64,000 nucleotides of DNA, from contig JBFWOZ010000005.1 in assembly GCA_050250255.1 (NCBI GenBank), forward strand, positions 32,001 through 96,000, read 5' to 3'. How positions within the stretch are numbered: position 1 is the stretch's first letter; every line of letters starts with the position of its first letter. Source of the stretch: Bdellovibrionales bacterium. GTDB taxonomy: Bacteria; Bdellovibrionota; Bdellovibrionia; Bdellovibrionales; DASUEL01. The notes beneath the pieces are model-generated. The model was given only the letters and a program-made list of their open reading frames with translations, had not been told where the DNA came from and did not search any database. The translations under genes and the position numbers were made by a program. This document shows positions 48,462-57,755 of the stretch, in pieces.

Positions 48462-49769
48462 ATGAAAATTACAGTCATTGGCACTGGCTATGTAGGACTT
48501 GTTGCGGGAGTCTGCTTTGCAGATGCTGGGCATAGCGTCATTTGCGTTGATAAGGATCCTTCCAAAGTTTCCTCCCTTCGTGAGGGCCAGATTCCTATTT
48601 ATGAACCGGGACTTGAAGAGATTATGGAAGGTGCGATTAAACGAAAACGCATTCAATTCACTACCGATTTAGCGCAAGGAGTGAGTGAGAGTTCCGTTAT
48701 TTTTATTGCTGTAGGAACTCCCGAAGGACCTAATGGAGATGCCGAAATGGGTCCCCTCATGGGTGTGGTTGAGCAAATCAGCCAATCTGCACGAGATAAA
48801 AAGTATGTTGTTTTAAAGAGCACCGTTCCGGTAGGCACCGCTAAATTAGTTCAAACTCTTTTCGACCAAAAATCAAAGTTTTCTGTGGAAGTGATCAATA
48901 ATCCCGAGTTTTTAAAAGAAGGCGCCGCCATCGATGACTTCTTAAAACCTGATCGCGTTGTCATCGGCTGTCGTACAGAAGAAGCTAAGCAAATTATGCA
49001 GGAGCTCTACGACCCGTTTTTAAAAAATGGAAACCCCATCTTCTTTATGGATAACGCTTCTGCAGAACTCACAAAATATGCGGCAAATGCATTTTTGTCG
49101 GTCAAAATTAGCTTCATTAATGAACTCGCACAACTGGCAGACAAAGTAGGAGCCGATATCAATCAAGTTCGCAAAGGTTTCACCTCTGATTCTCGTATCA
49201 ACCCTGCTTTCTTTTACCCAGGTATCGGTTACGGCGGAAGTTGCTTTCCGAAAGATGTAAAAGCTCTCGTACGTACAGGCCAAAAAAATGATGTGGCAAT
49301 GAAAATTGTTGCTTCCGCCGACGAAGTCAATTTTGAACAGCGTGAAGTATTGTTTCAAAAAATTAAAAAACATTTTGGTGATCTCAAAGGCAAACAAATC
49401 GCCCTCTGGGGTTTAAGCTTTAAACCACGTACCGATGATGTTCGCGAAGCCCCGGCTCTGGATCTCATCAGCAAACTCTCTCAAGCGGGCGCACAGATTT
49501 GCGCCTTCGATCCCGTAGCGTCGGAGAATGCGCAAAAAGCTTCTGACGTGAAATTTCAGGTCGCTTCTTCCGCGATGGAAGCTGTGGAAAATGCCGATGC
49601 ACTTGTGGTTGTGACTGAATGGAATGAATTCCGTAATCCTAATTTAGAAGATTTGAAAAAGAAGCTGAAACAAGCGGTCATATTTGATGGTCGCAACATT
49701 TTTGAACCTGCGCGCATGAAACAAGCGGGTTTTAAATATTACTGTTTTGGTCGAGAAAGTTTGAGTTAA
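48462..49769 (+). CDS. ugd: UDP-glucose 6-dehydrogenase
   Basis: GTGYVG, KSTVPVGT, NPEFLKEG, GYGGSCFPKD, FKPRTDDVRE. Confidence 0.95.
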   Translation: MKITVIGTGYVGLVAGVCFADAGHSVICVDKDPSKVSSLREGQIPIYEPGLEEIMEGAIKRKRIQFTTDLAQGVSESSVIFIAVGTPEGPNGDAEMGPLMGVVEQISQSARDKKYVVLKSTVPVGTAKLVQTLFDQKSKFSVEVINNPEFLKEGAAIDDFLKPDRVVIGCRTEEAKQIMQELYDPFLKNGNPIFFMDNASAELTKYAANAFLSVKISFINELAQLADKVGADINQVRKGFTSDSRINPAFFYPGIGYGGSCFPKDVKALVRTGQKNDVAMKIVASADEVNFEQREVLFQKIKKHFGDLKGKQIALWGLSFKPRTDDVREAPALDLISKLSQAGAQICAFDPVASENAQKASDVKFQVASSAMEAVENADALVVVTEWNEFRNPNLEDLKKKLKQAVIFDGRNIFEPARMKQAGFKYYCFGRESLS

Positions 49770-49771
49770 CT

Positions 49772-50704
49772 ATGTCGAAAAAAAAAGCTCTCGTTGCCGG
49801 CGGTGCCGGATTCATCGGCAGCCATCTCTGTGAATACCTTCTTTCAAAAAATTATGACGTACATGCACTCGATAATTTGGTCACCGGCCGAAAAGAGAAC
49901 ATTCAGCATTTAATTGTAAAGGGATTGCAATTTCATCAGCTGAATTTGATTGAGCCTTTTGATTTAAATGTCACCTTTGACGAAATTTATAATTTAGCCT
50001 CCCCCGCAAGCCCCGTGGATTTTGCAAAAATGCCTCTCTTTATTTTGCAGACTTCTAGTGTAGGTCATTTGCGTCTACTTGATCTTGCAAAAAAAATGAA
50101 TGCACGGATTTTGATCGCCAGCACGAGCGAAGTTTATGGCGATCCCATCGAACATCCGCAAACTGAGGAATACTGGGGAAATGTGAATCCCATTGGTCCA
50201 CGTAGCTGCTATGATGAGGCGAAACGTTTTGCTGAAGCTTTGAGCATGGCCCACTTCCGTACAGAAAAAACGCAAATACGTATTATCCGTATCTTCAACA
50301 CCTACGGGCCACGTATGCGTCCTGATGATGGCCGCATTATCCCGAACTTCTTCATGCAAGCTTTGAAAAAGCAACCACTCACTATTTACGGAGATGGGAC
50401 GCAAACGAGAAGTTTCTGCTACGTTTCGGATATGGTGGAAGGCATGTACGCACTCATGCAGAGCATGGTCACCACGCCCGTCAACATTGGTAATCCTTCG
50501 GAGAAAAGTGTTGCGGAGATTGCAGATGAGATCAATCGACTCACCGGCAACACTCAAGAACATATTTTCTTGCCATTACCAGAGGATGATCCACGAAGAC
50601 GTTGGCCCCAAATCGATAAAGCAAAAAAACTTTTGAAATGGGAGCCGCGTGTGGATTTAGCCGAAGGCCTCGAAAAGACCCTCGCATTTTTCAAAACAAT
50701 CTAA
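49772..50704 (+). CDS. UDP-glucuronate decarboxylase (UDP-xylose synthase family SDR)
   Basis: GGAGFIGSHL, LASPASP, STSEVYGDP, YWGNVNPIGPRSCYDEAKR, RIFNTYGP. Confidence 0.9.
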   Translation: MSKKKALVAGGAGFIGSHLCEYLLSKNYDVHALDNLVTGRKENIQHLIVKGLQFHQLNLIEPFDLNVTFDEIYNLASPASPVDFAKMPLFILQTSSVGHLRLLDLAKKMNARILIASTSEVYGDPIEHPQTEEYWGNVNPIGPRSCYDEAKRFAEALSMAHFRTEKTQIRIIRIFNTYGPRMRPDDGRIIPNFFMQALKKQPLTIYGDGTQTRSFCYVSDMVEGMYALMQSMVTTPVNIGNPSEKSVAEIADEINRLTGNTQEHIFLPLPEDDPRRRWPQIDKAKKLLKWEPRVDLAEGLEKTLAFFKTI

Positions 50705-50713
50705 AGTCGCTGA

Positions 50714-50830
50714 GTCGTTCGAAAATAGGTTAGATGCTAGGCGCGAGGGAGTGAGCGCGGAGACATACTTCCTGTATGTCGCACAAGCGAATGACTGAGC
50801 AACGACGCAGATAGCCTATTTGCGGACGAC
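50714..50830. mobile_element. 117-bp palindromic MITE/RPE-like element
   Basis: 24-nt imperfect terminal inverted repeats and a central GACATAC-TTCCT-GTATGTC hairpin, between convergent genes. Confidence 0.65.
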
Positions 50831-50831
50831 G

Positions 50832-52238
50832 TCAGTAAGCGTGAGGCGACACGAAACCTTTAAAGATCGTCAAGAATAAGATTTTGATATCAAGCCACAA
50901 TGACCAATGTGTGATGTAGTAAAGATCGTGTTCGATGCGTGCTTGGAGACTCGTATTCCCGCGAAGGCCATTGATCTGAGCCCATCCGGTCATACCTGCC
51001 TTCACCTTGTGACGAAGCATGTAGCCTGGAATTTCTTTTTTAAATTTTTCGACGAAAACAGGACGTTCTGGCCGCGGCCCCACGCAACTCATTTCGCCTT
51101 TTAAAACGTTGAAAAGCTGCGGAAGTTCATCAAGTGATGTTTTACGAGTGAGCTTTCCAATCCAGGTCACTCGATCATCATTTTGCGCGGCCCATACGGC
51201 TCCACTTTTAGATTCCGCATCGATTCGCATACTACGAAACTTGATCATGAAGAAAGTTTGTCCATCAAGCCCCATGCGTTCTTGATAATAAAAAATCGGT
51301 CCACGAGAACTTAATTTAATTGCCAGAGTGATAAAAAGCATGACCGGCGAAAAGAGAGTCAGTGCGAGAGATCCAAAAACAATATCACTAATACGTTTTA
51401 AAACAGCATTCCAACCTAAGATAGGACTTTGATTCAAACTTAAAAGCGGAAGACCGTCAAACTCCTCGACTTCAAAGCCAAGGATGGAATACTGACTGAT
51501 ATCGGGAACAATTTTGATATCGATATTGAGGTTCATGAGAGAATTAAGGATGGAATCCATTCGACTGGCATCTTCGTTTCTCAAACAAATGGAAACGTAA
51601 TTCGCTCCCAACTTTTGAGCGATAGACTCTAATTCCTCGGTCGTTCCCAGCACTTCATTTTTTTGCCAACCAGCTAAATTGGAGTTAGAACCTACCGGAA
51701 CAATTCCCAATACTTGAATGCCAAGTTCATGGTTCTCGATCATGCGTTTTTTCATCGCGAGCGCCAGCTGCGGATCACCCACTAACAATAAATAGCGTTG
51801 ATTCAACCCACGCCGACGAAGAAACTTTAGCCCTCCACGAAGCAAAGAGCGGCTCGCACAAAGACCAAAAATCGCAAAGACGAAAAAGAGAAACATGACC
51901 CAGCGGGAGAGTTCCTCACGGGCAGTAAAGTGGGAGTAAGTGACAAATACGAGAAATCCAATAGCCGAAGCCTTGATCAGGGTAAAAAGCTCGGCTCCGA
52001 AGGTCTCCATACGCCAACTTTTATAGGCGCCAGAAAGTTGTAAACCCAAATACCAGACAAACATGATGAGTAAAGTGGCATTGAGATAGCTATCAAAAGG
52101 TGCAATCTCAACTTGCGGGATTCCGTCGATAGGTTGGTAAAAGCGCACATAGTAGGCCAAAAGCCAGCAGAGACCCACCACAAGGGCATCGCTCAACTGA
52201 AATAAAAGCCGAAAAAATCGGTGATGGGTTCTGAGCAT
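50832..52238 (-). CDS. wcaJ: Undecaprenyl-phosphate glucose phosphotransferase (WcaJ family)
   Basis: N-terminal TMs; KFRSM, DDRVT, KTSLDELPQLFNVLKGEMSCVGPRP, GMTGWAQING. Confidence 0.88.
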   Translation of the reverse strand: MLRTHHRFFRLLFQLSDALVVGLCWLLAYYVRFYQPIDGIPQVEIAPFDSYLNATLLIMFVWYLGLQLSGAYKSWRMETFGAELFTLIKASAIGFLVFVTYSHFTAREELSRWVMFLFFVFAIFGLCASRSLLRGGLKFLRRRGLNQRYLLLVGDPQLALAMKKRMIENHELGIQVLGIVPVGSNSNLAGWQKNEVLGTTEELESIAQKLGANYVSICLRNEDASRMDSILNSLMNLNIDIKIVPDISQYSILGFEVEEFDGLPLLSLNQSPILGWNAVLKRISDIVFGSLALTLFSPVMLFITLAIKLSSRGPIFYYQERMGLDGQTFFMIKFRSMRIDAESKSGAVWAAQNDDRVTWIGKLTRKTSLDELPQLFNVLKGEMSCVGPRPERPVFVEKFKKEIPGYMLRHKVKAGMTGWAQINGLRGNTSLQARIEHDLYYITHWSLWLDIKILFLTIFKGFVSPHAY

Positions 52239-52318
52239 GAATCTCCTGTGTATGCTTGAGGTCTTGTTTTACCTCTTTCCTTTATTGAGAGCAACAGACC
52301 TTTAAGGTATGTAAAGGT

Positions 52319-53455
52319 ATGGAAACGCTGTTAAAAGGTAAAAAAGTGGCCATTGTCCACGACTGGATGACGGGCTATCGCGGAGGAGAAAAAGTGCTCT
52401 CCGAAATCGCCGCCCTGTTCCCCGATGCCCCTATTTATACCCTCGTGCACAAAAAAAACTCCACAAGTCGTGATCTCGAAGCCCGAAACATCCGTACGGG
52501 CCTCATTAACAAACTTCCTTTTGGTCAAAAATACTATCGCCACTATTTGCCGTTCTTCCCACTCGCCGCCGAAACTCTTTTACCTCGAGGATTTGACGTG
52601 GTGATTTCTACCTCACACGCGGTTGCAAAATCTATCAATACTCGAGGAGCCGCTCACTGGTGCTATATTCACTCGCCCATGAGATATGTTTGGGATCGCT
52701 TTGATGATTATTTTGGAGCGGATATTGTAGGCGCGCTCCCCTCGAAATTATTTTTTAAACCTATCGCCCATGCTCTTAGCTTTTACGATCGTAAAACGGC
52801 CAATCGTGTAGATCAATTCGTCGCCAATTCACGGTTTGTCGCCACACGTGTGCGAGATTACTATTCCAGAGATTCTGAAGTCATTCATCCACCAGTGAAT
52901 GTCGAACGCTATCGTTCTTTAGAAAGGAAGCCTGAAGATTTTTATCTGTTCTTCTCGGCCCTTGTCCCCTACAAAAAAGCAGATCACGCGATTCTTGCCT
53001 GCCAAAAACTTGGGAGAAAACTTGTGATTCTTGGCGATGGACCCGAGAAAGAAAAACTTCAGAAATTAGCGGCGGGAGCTCAGGTCGAGTTCATGGATGC
53101 GAGCTCCGACCAAGTCATCGAAGATTTGATGAGTCGAGCAAAGGCGTTTCTCTTTCCCGCAATTGAAGATTTTGGAATTGCGCCCGTGGAAGCTACGGCG
53201 GCGGGCCTTCCCATCATAGGACTCGCTCAAGGTGGACTCCTCGATAGCCAAAGTGATGAAACTTGCGTGTTTTACGCAGAACAGACCGTCGATGCTTTAG
53301 CGGATGCCATTTTGAAATTTGAAAAAGAAGCAAACCGGTTTGATCGTGAGAAAATGTGGAAACAATGTCAGAAATTTGCCCCAGAACGTTTTCGTCAGAA
53401 AGTAACTGATTCACTACGCAGCTTTGAAAAGAATCATTTTAAAAATTTAAGATAG
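52319..53455 (+). CDS. Glycosyltransferase family 4
   Basis: HDWMTGYRGGEKV, HSPMRYVWD, EDFGIAPVEA. Confidence 0.9.
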   Translation: METLLKGKKVAIVHDWMTGYRGGEKVLSEIAALFPDAPIYTLVHKKNSTSRDLEARNIRTGLINKLPFGQKYYRHYLPFFPLAAETLLPRGFDVVISTSHAVAKSINTRGAAHWCYIHSPMRYVWDRFDDYFGADIVGALPSKLFFKPIAHALSFYDRKTANRVDQFVANSRFVATRVRDYYSRDSEVIHPPVNVERYRSLERKPEDFYLFFSALVPYKKADHAILACQKLGRKLVILGDGPEKEKLQKLAAGAQVEFMDASSDQVIEDLMSRAKAFLFPAIEDFGIAPVEATAAGLPIIGLAQGGLLDSQSDETCVFYAEQTVDALADAILKFEKEANRFDREKMWKQCQKFAPERFRQKVTDSLRSFEKNHFKNLR

Positions 53456-53523
53456 TTGAAAGAACCTCGTAAGAATCTTTCGTATCCACAGAGAGCCTAA
53501 CGAAAGCTCAAACTGGGGTGAAA

Positions 53524-53880
53524 CTATCGGGTGCTTGGCCCTGGAGGAGTGACATCGTGGTCTGCGCTTTGGACACAAACGATAAGATCTTTTTTCTCAG
53601 CATCAAACCATCTGGAAACTGTACCCAAAGGGCATTCTAATTTCGGGTGAATGAATGTGCAGTTCTCCGTATTGATAGCAACCTTCTTGGCTTCAGAAAC
53701 ATTTTTCAAGCCTTTGCATCCTATTTTTTCTAACGTTTTAGTAGCCTCCGCCTGTTTCTGCTGTGCTTGTTTCGTGGTCGTCGCGGATGGCAACTCTAAA
53801 ACCAATGTCTCACTAGAACGTGCGCTCACTACGAGAGACCCCAGAAAAATCATCGTGAAAATAAAAAATTTGGTCATCAT
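53524..53880 (-). CDS. Small exported Cys-containing hypothetical protein
   Basis: Signal peptide ...VVSA|R; 4 Cys; AAGGGG SD. Confidence 0.7.
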   Translation of the reverse strand: MMTKFFIFTMIFLGSLVVSARSSETLVLELPSATTTKQAQQKQAEATKTLEKIGCKGLKNVSEAKKVAINTENCTFIHPKLECPLGTVSRWFDAEKKDLIVCVQSADHDVTPPGPSTR

Positions 53881-53973
53881 TCACCCCTTTTACTCATTCT
53901 AGTTTAACGCAAATCCCTGAAGAATCCTAAAAAGTTATCACGTAAGGCCTGCTCTAAAGGAGCGGCGTACCTT

Positions 53974-54969
53974 TTACTCCCCGTTTTGCAGCTTAAGAAG
54001 CTGAGCATGGGCCGTCAGTAAATGTTTTTCGAGATCTGGATTGAGAAGCTCGAGCGAGATCAGCACGAGTCCTCGAAGGGTTTCTGGAGGAAGGCCTTGG
54101 GATTCGTAGTATTTGAAGAATTCAAATCCGCCCCATCGGCATCCACTGGTAGTTTCTAATCGTTTTTCTTGGCCGGGAGGTAAGAGTTTTATTTTTAAGT
54201 GTTGAGCGAGTTCTTGTATGAACGCTTCGCCGTCGACGTCTTCAAATACAATCGCCGCCCGATCAAACAATCGCGATTTCCCCGAGGTAAAAAAGGGCTT
54301 AGAACCAGCAAGTTTTTTAGATTCGAAATCTTCCACTAATTTTTTGTTCTCTGTCACTTTTGAATATAGCTCCAGCTTCTCTAGATCGAGAGCGCGAACC
54401 CACTCTGACAGGCCTGCAATCATGGGCGGGAGCCTAGAGCACTTAGCTCCAAGTCTTGCCACCGAAATACGATCCGATACATTCATAAAGTAAGCTGCAA
54501 ACTGATGAATCGGCGGAACCTCTCTGCACAAATGAATTCCATGAAATACGGAGAGAGTAAAAATCTTCTTATTCGCAAGTTCGGCTCTTAACTTCTCAAG
54601 CCCAAAAATTTCTCCCGTCATCGGATCGTCAATCACATCCAGAAATAGAAGACAATCTTTGCTCAACTTTGAGAGCCAATCATCCATATTCCCAATATCT
54701 TTTACGTCGAGTGGCTCACCCTGCACGCCTTCAATCGAAAGACTCTGCACGATGGGATCAAAGTTCAATCCTGCACCTCTTAAATAAGCGAATTTTCTTT
54801 TGTGGGGATACATGCGTATGAGTCCGCGTGCGATCTCGTTCAAACCGGTGGAAAGATCAGGGTAGGCGCGGAGGGTTTCGACCGAGGTGCCCGGCTGAAT
54901 CCCTAAAGAGGATACGAGTTTTTTTTCAAACTCCTGAAGACGCTCCTCAGGGGGAAAGGGGAACTTCAT
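53974..54969 (-). CDS. Hypothetical protein, degenerate cysteine-desulfurase (IscS/NifS)-like fold
   Basis: IVFEDVDGEAFIQEL, TTSGC and GLPPETLRGLVLISL resemble the IscS C-terminal domain; no SxHK PLP motif. Confidence 0.5.
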   Translation of the reverse strand: MKFPFPPEERLQEFEKKLVSSLGIQPGTSVETLRAYPDLSTGLNEIARGLIRMYPHKRKFAYLRGAGLNFDPIVQSLSIEGVQGEPLDVKDIGNMDDWLSKLSKDCLLFLDVIDDPMTGEIFGLEKLRAELANKKIFTLSVFHGIHLCREVPPIHQFAAYFMNVSDRISVARLGAKCSRLPPMIAGLSEWVRALDLEKLELYSKVTENKKLVEDFESKKLAGSKPFFTSGKSRLFDRAAIVFEDVDGEAFIQELAQHLKIKLLPPGQEKRLETTSGCRWGGFEFFKYYESQGLPPETLRGLVLISLELLNPDLEKHLLTAHAQLLKLQNGE

Positions 54970-55417
54970 GAGTCACTCCCGCTCGCATAGATCTTGGTAC
55001 ATGCACGAGATCTATAACGAGATTTTTTGTTTGGAATTCGGGGTACACAAAGTTTTTAGCAAAACCTAAAGATTCCGTAGGACAATTGGTCACGCAAATT
55101 CCACACATCACACAGCTATTGTAATCCACTTTAAAGCTTTCAATCTCTCGCTCAAACGGAACACCCTTCGATGTGCTCGGACGACGAATGCTCGAAGAAT
55201 ACTCAAAACCTTGAATTTGGATCGCATTCATTGGGCAGATCGCTTCGCACTTAAGACATCCCGTACATTCTTTGAAATTATTTTTGATACTCGCACGGGC
55301 CGCGCCAGGAAGAGACTTCACCACAAAAGGGTACTCCACCGTAAATGGCGGAATTAAAAAAGTTCGGTAAATATGGCCGAACAAAAATCTGAGATGGTTA
55401 ATTAATAACTTCCACAT
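54947..55417 (-). CDS. NuoI-like 2x[4Fe-4S] ferredoxin (second copy)
   Basis: FTVEYP, CTGCLKCEAICP, FKVDYNSCVMCGICVTNCP. Confidence 0.85.
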   Translation of the reverse strand: MWKLLINHLRFLFGHIYRTFLIPPFTVEYPFVVKSLPGAARASIKNNFKECTGCLKCEAICPMNAIQIQGFEYSSSIRRPSTSKGVPFEREIESFKVDYNSCVMCGICVTNCPTESLGFAKNFVYPEFQTKNLVIDLVHVPRSMRAGVTHEVPLSP

Positions 55418-56481
55418 AGGTCCGACTGTCCAAACTCGATGCCAAGGCTTGCAACGGCAAGCTCATAATCATCGACGTAAAGGTCTACACACAGTTTTTC
55501 AACGATTCCTACCATTCTCATCGAATGGCTTGTGAGCCGCAATTGATTTTCGCAAGAAGTCCCATACAGAGGTCCAGATCCTGACTCCACACCCACATTC
55601 CAATAACCTGCGGGAGCAACAAGCTTTGGATCTACATCTACGCGTACAGGGCCCTCAACAATTTTATCTAAGCAGAATTCTAGAATTTCCAGAGATTGGC
55701 GAATTTGAAAAAAGACGGAACGTACCCGAGTCACACCGTCCCCTTGAACTTCACGAAACATTTTAGCTTCAAACCAATCGGTCGTACTTTGATAATCAAA
55801 ATAATGAAGATCACATTTATCATAAACGCCGTAGGGAGCATGAATACGCAAATCATGCTTCAATCCTGAAGCTTGCCCCAGTGGACCTAAAAAGGCGTAA
55901 GCAACCGCTTGTTCTTGCGTTAAAGGAAGTAGACCTACAAGTCTTTGTAAAACAAGCTGGTCTCTGGAGAGATCTTTAAAATAAAGTCTCAATTCGTATT
56001 CTAGGTTACGAATTAGGCTCTTCATCTTTTTTCTTTCTCCAATAGAAAGATCACGATCAATTCCGCCAATACAAAAAGTTTGGGGAAGAATGCGTGAGCC
56101 AGTGAGAAACTCTTGTCCTTCAAAAATTTGCTCACGCAGTCGATAAAGTTGCTGCGTACGAATAGGGTCATCAATCGCTTTAAAGATACGGATCAGATAT
56201 TGAAAACACCATGCGAGTCTTTGAACTTCCGCATAAATCGTTCGGAGATACTCTGCTCGTTCAGGGACTTGGATTTTGTGAGCTTTTTCAAGGGCCGCCG
56301 CAAGCACCCACTCAGAGGAAATCGCTTCAAAAGGTGAAAACCGATCCGCCCACTTGACAGACATCGCAATAGGCATGCGGTCCAATGTTTTCCATAGCGG
56401 TCTGTTCTCTGATCCCCAGGAAATTTCTACGCTCTTAATACGATCACCATTGTAGGTGATTTCTGAACGTTCGTTTAACAT
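55402..56481 (-). CDS. Divergent NuoD-like (49 kDa subunit family) protein
   Basis: IQVPERAEYLRTIYAEVQRL, TGSRI...IGGIDRDL, GPLGQASG...DLR...PY, GD...R, VESGSG. Confidence 0.75.
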   Translation of the reverse strand: MLNERSEITYNGDRIKSVEISWGSENRPLWKTLDRMPIAMSVKWADRFSPFEAISSEWVLAAALEKAHKIQVPERAEYLRTIYAEVQRLAWCFQYLIRIFKAIDDPIRTQQLYRLREQIFEGQEFLTGSRILPQTFCIGGIDRDLSIGERKKMKSLIRNLEYELRLYFKDLSRDQLVLQRLVGLLPLTQEQAVAYAFLGPLGQASGLKHDLRIHAPYGVYDKCDLHYFDYQSTTDWFEAKMFREVQGDGVTRVRSVFFQIRQSLEILEFCLDKIVEGPVRVDVDPKLVAPAGYWNVGVESGSGPLYGTSCENQLRLTSHSMRMVGIVEKLCVDLYVDDYELAVASLGIEFGQSDLCGSY

Positions 56482-56774
56482 GTGAGCAAGTTCTCCTGAA
56501 GTCTCTTTAAAATATGGCGCTGATTATTTGTGGAGATAAAAAAAGAAAACTCTTCATCTACGCTTGCAAAATAAAAGCGAACATAGAGTCCTTTTTGCGA
56601 GAAGAAATAAGAAAGCGGAAGACTTAAGCCCTGCTCTTTGAGTTTGTCGAGCTGAGAAAAAAGACGCTCTTCTTTAATTTCATAGGCCTCGTTCCCTCTT
56701 TCCTTTTGCACGGTGAGCGCCGGATTGGGAGAAAGAACCTTGTTAATTTCTGTTAGGTCCTTTGAGGGCTTCAT
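56475..56774 (-). CDS. Small hypothetical protein, possibly a reduced NuoC-like subunit
   Basis: Sits between the NuoB-like and NuoD-like genes with overlapping ends; only weak resemblance to the NuoC N-terminal half. Confidence 0.4.
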   Translation of the reverse strand: MKPSKDLTEINKVLSPNPALTVQKERGNEAYEIKEERLFSQLDKLKEQGLSLPLSYFFSQKGLYVRFYFASVDEEFSFFISTNNQRHILKRLQENLLTC

Positions 56775-57231
56775 AAATGACTTTCTTTTGATCCATTTGT
56801 GGCTTCTGTTTATTTCTTAAGGCTTGAATGGCTTCTAAAACTGCTTCCGGCCTTGGTGGGCATCCAGGTACAAAAACATCGACGGGCAAAACGTCAGAAA
56901 TTTTTAAAATCTTTTCACCCGACGCAGCATACGGAGCGCCCGAAAGAGCGCAAGCCCCAACGGCAATCACCGCACGAATCCCTGAGAGTTGAAAGTAAGC
57001 ACTTTTGAGTTCTTCTACGAATTGAGCATCCACCCACCCACCGACAATCATGACGTCGGCTTCTGATGGATGTTGAGCGACATTCTCTACGCCTAATCGA
57101 GTCCAATCATAGGTCGCCGTCGAAGCGTTTTCAACTTCAAGGTTACAGCAACCCTTTACCATGACCCATGGCACATGGACTTTTCTCTCAACCGCATCAA
57201 CAAGATTTTTGAGAGAAGAAAAAGTTGCCAT
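56743..57231 (-). CDS. Divergent NuoB-like Fe-S protein (second copy)
   Basis: GCCNLE, ADVMIVGG, IAVGACALSG, VDVFVPGCPPRPE. Confidence 0.85.
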   Translation of the reverse strand: MATFSSLKNLVDAVERKVHVPWVMVKGCCNLEVENASTATYDWTRLGVENVAQHPSEADVMIVGGWVDAQFVEELKSAYFQLSGIRAVIAVGACALSGAPYAASGEKILKISDVLPVDVFVPGCPPRPEAVLEAIQALRNKQKPQMDQKKVIYEALKGPNRN

Positions 57232-57755
57232 TAGATCCCCGCACGATGGCGTTCGTCTTCATCAAGAACTGAAACAATTCCACCTTGAAGAGCTGGTCTG
57301 TGAGCTAAATAATCAATGCCTTTTACAAAGTTTGTTCCTGATAATCCTGGTACTTGCCATTCAGGCCCCATACGAACTGCATCCACTGGGCATGCTTCTT
57401 CGCAGAAACCACAAAACACACAGCGGAGCATGTCGATTTCGTAAGCGATCGGAAATTTTTCAACGCTCGGGTCATTGTGCTCGCTCGCGATGATCGTAAT
57501 ACATTGAGCGGGACAGTTCGTCGCACATAACATACAAGCGGTACAACGAATCGATCCGTCTTTTTTCACTGTCAAAACATGCGTGCCCTTAAAACGAGGA
57601 GAGTATTCATACTTTTCCTCTGGATAATTCAAAGTCGGCATTCCTTTTTTGTAGAAAAGGTTCACGATCAAATTTTTAAAAGTAATCACAAGCCCAACGA
57701 GAATACCGGGAATATACCATTTCGCTAAGGGACTAGGTCGCTGTACGACACTCAT
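57231..57755 (-). CDS. nuoI: NADH-quinone oxidoreductase subunit I
   Basis: TLNYPEEK..SPRFKG, CTACMLCATNCP, RCVFCGFCEEACP. Confidence 0.95.
   Translation of the reverse strand: MSVVQRPSPLAKWYIPGILVGLVITFKNLIVNLFYKKGMPTLNYPEEKYEYSPRFKGTHVLTVKKDGSIRCTACMLCATNCPAQCITIIASEHNDPSVEKFPIAYEIDMLRCVFCGFCEEACPVDAVRMGPEWQVPGLSGTNFVKGIDYLAHRPALQGGIVSVLDEDERHRAGI

Noticed and set aside
55402..57231. Group 4 [NiFe]-hydrogenase
   Set aside because: The large-subunit-like protein has no N- or C-terminal CxxC Ni ligands, and the small subunit has the complex I tandem CC.
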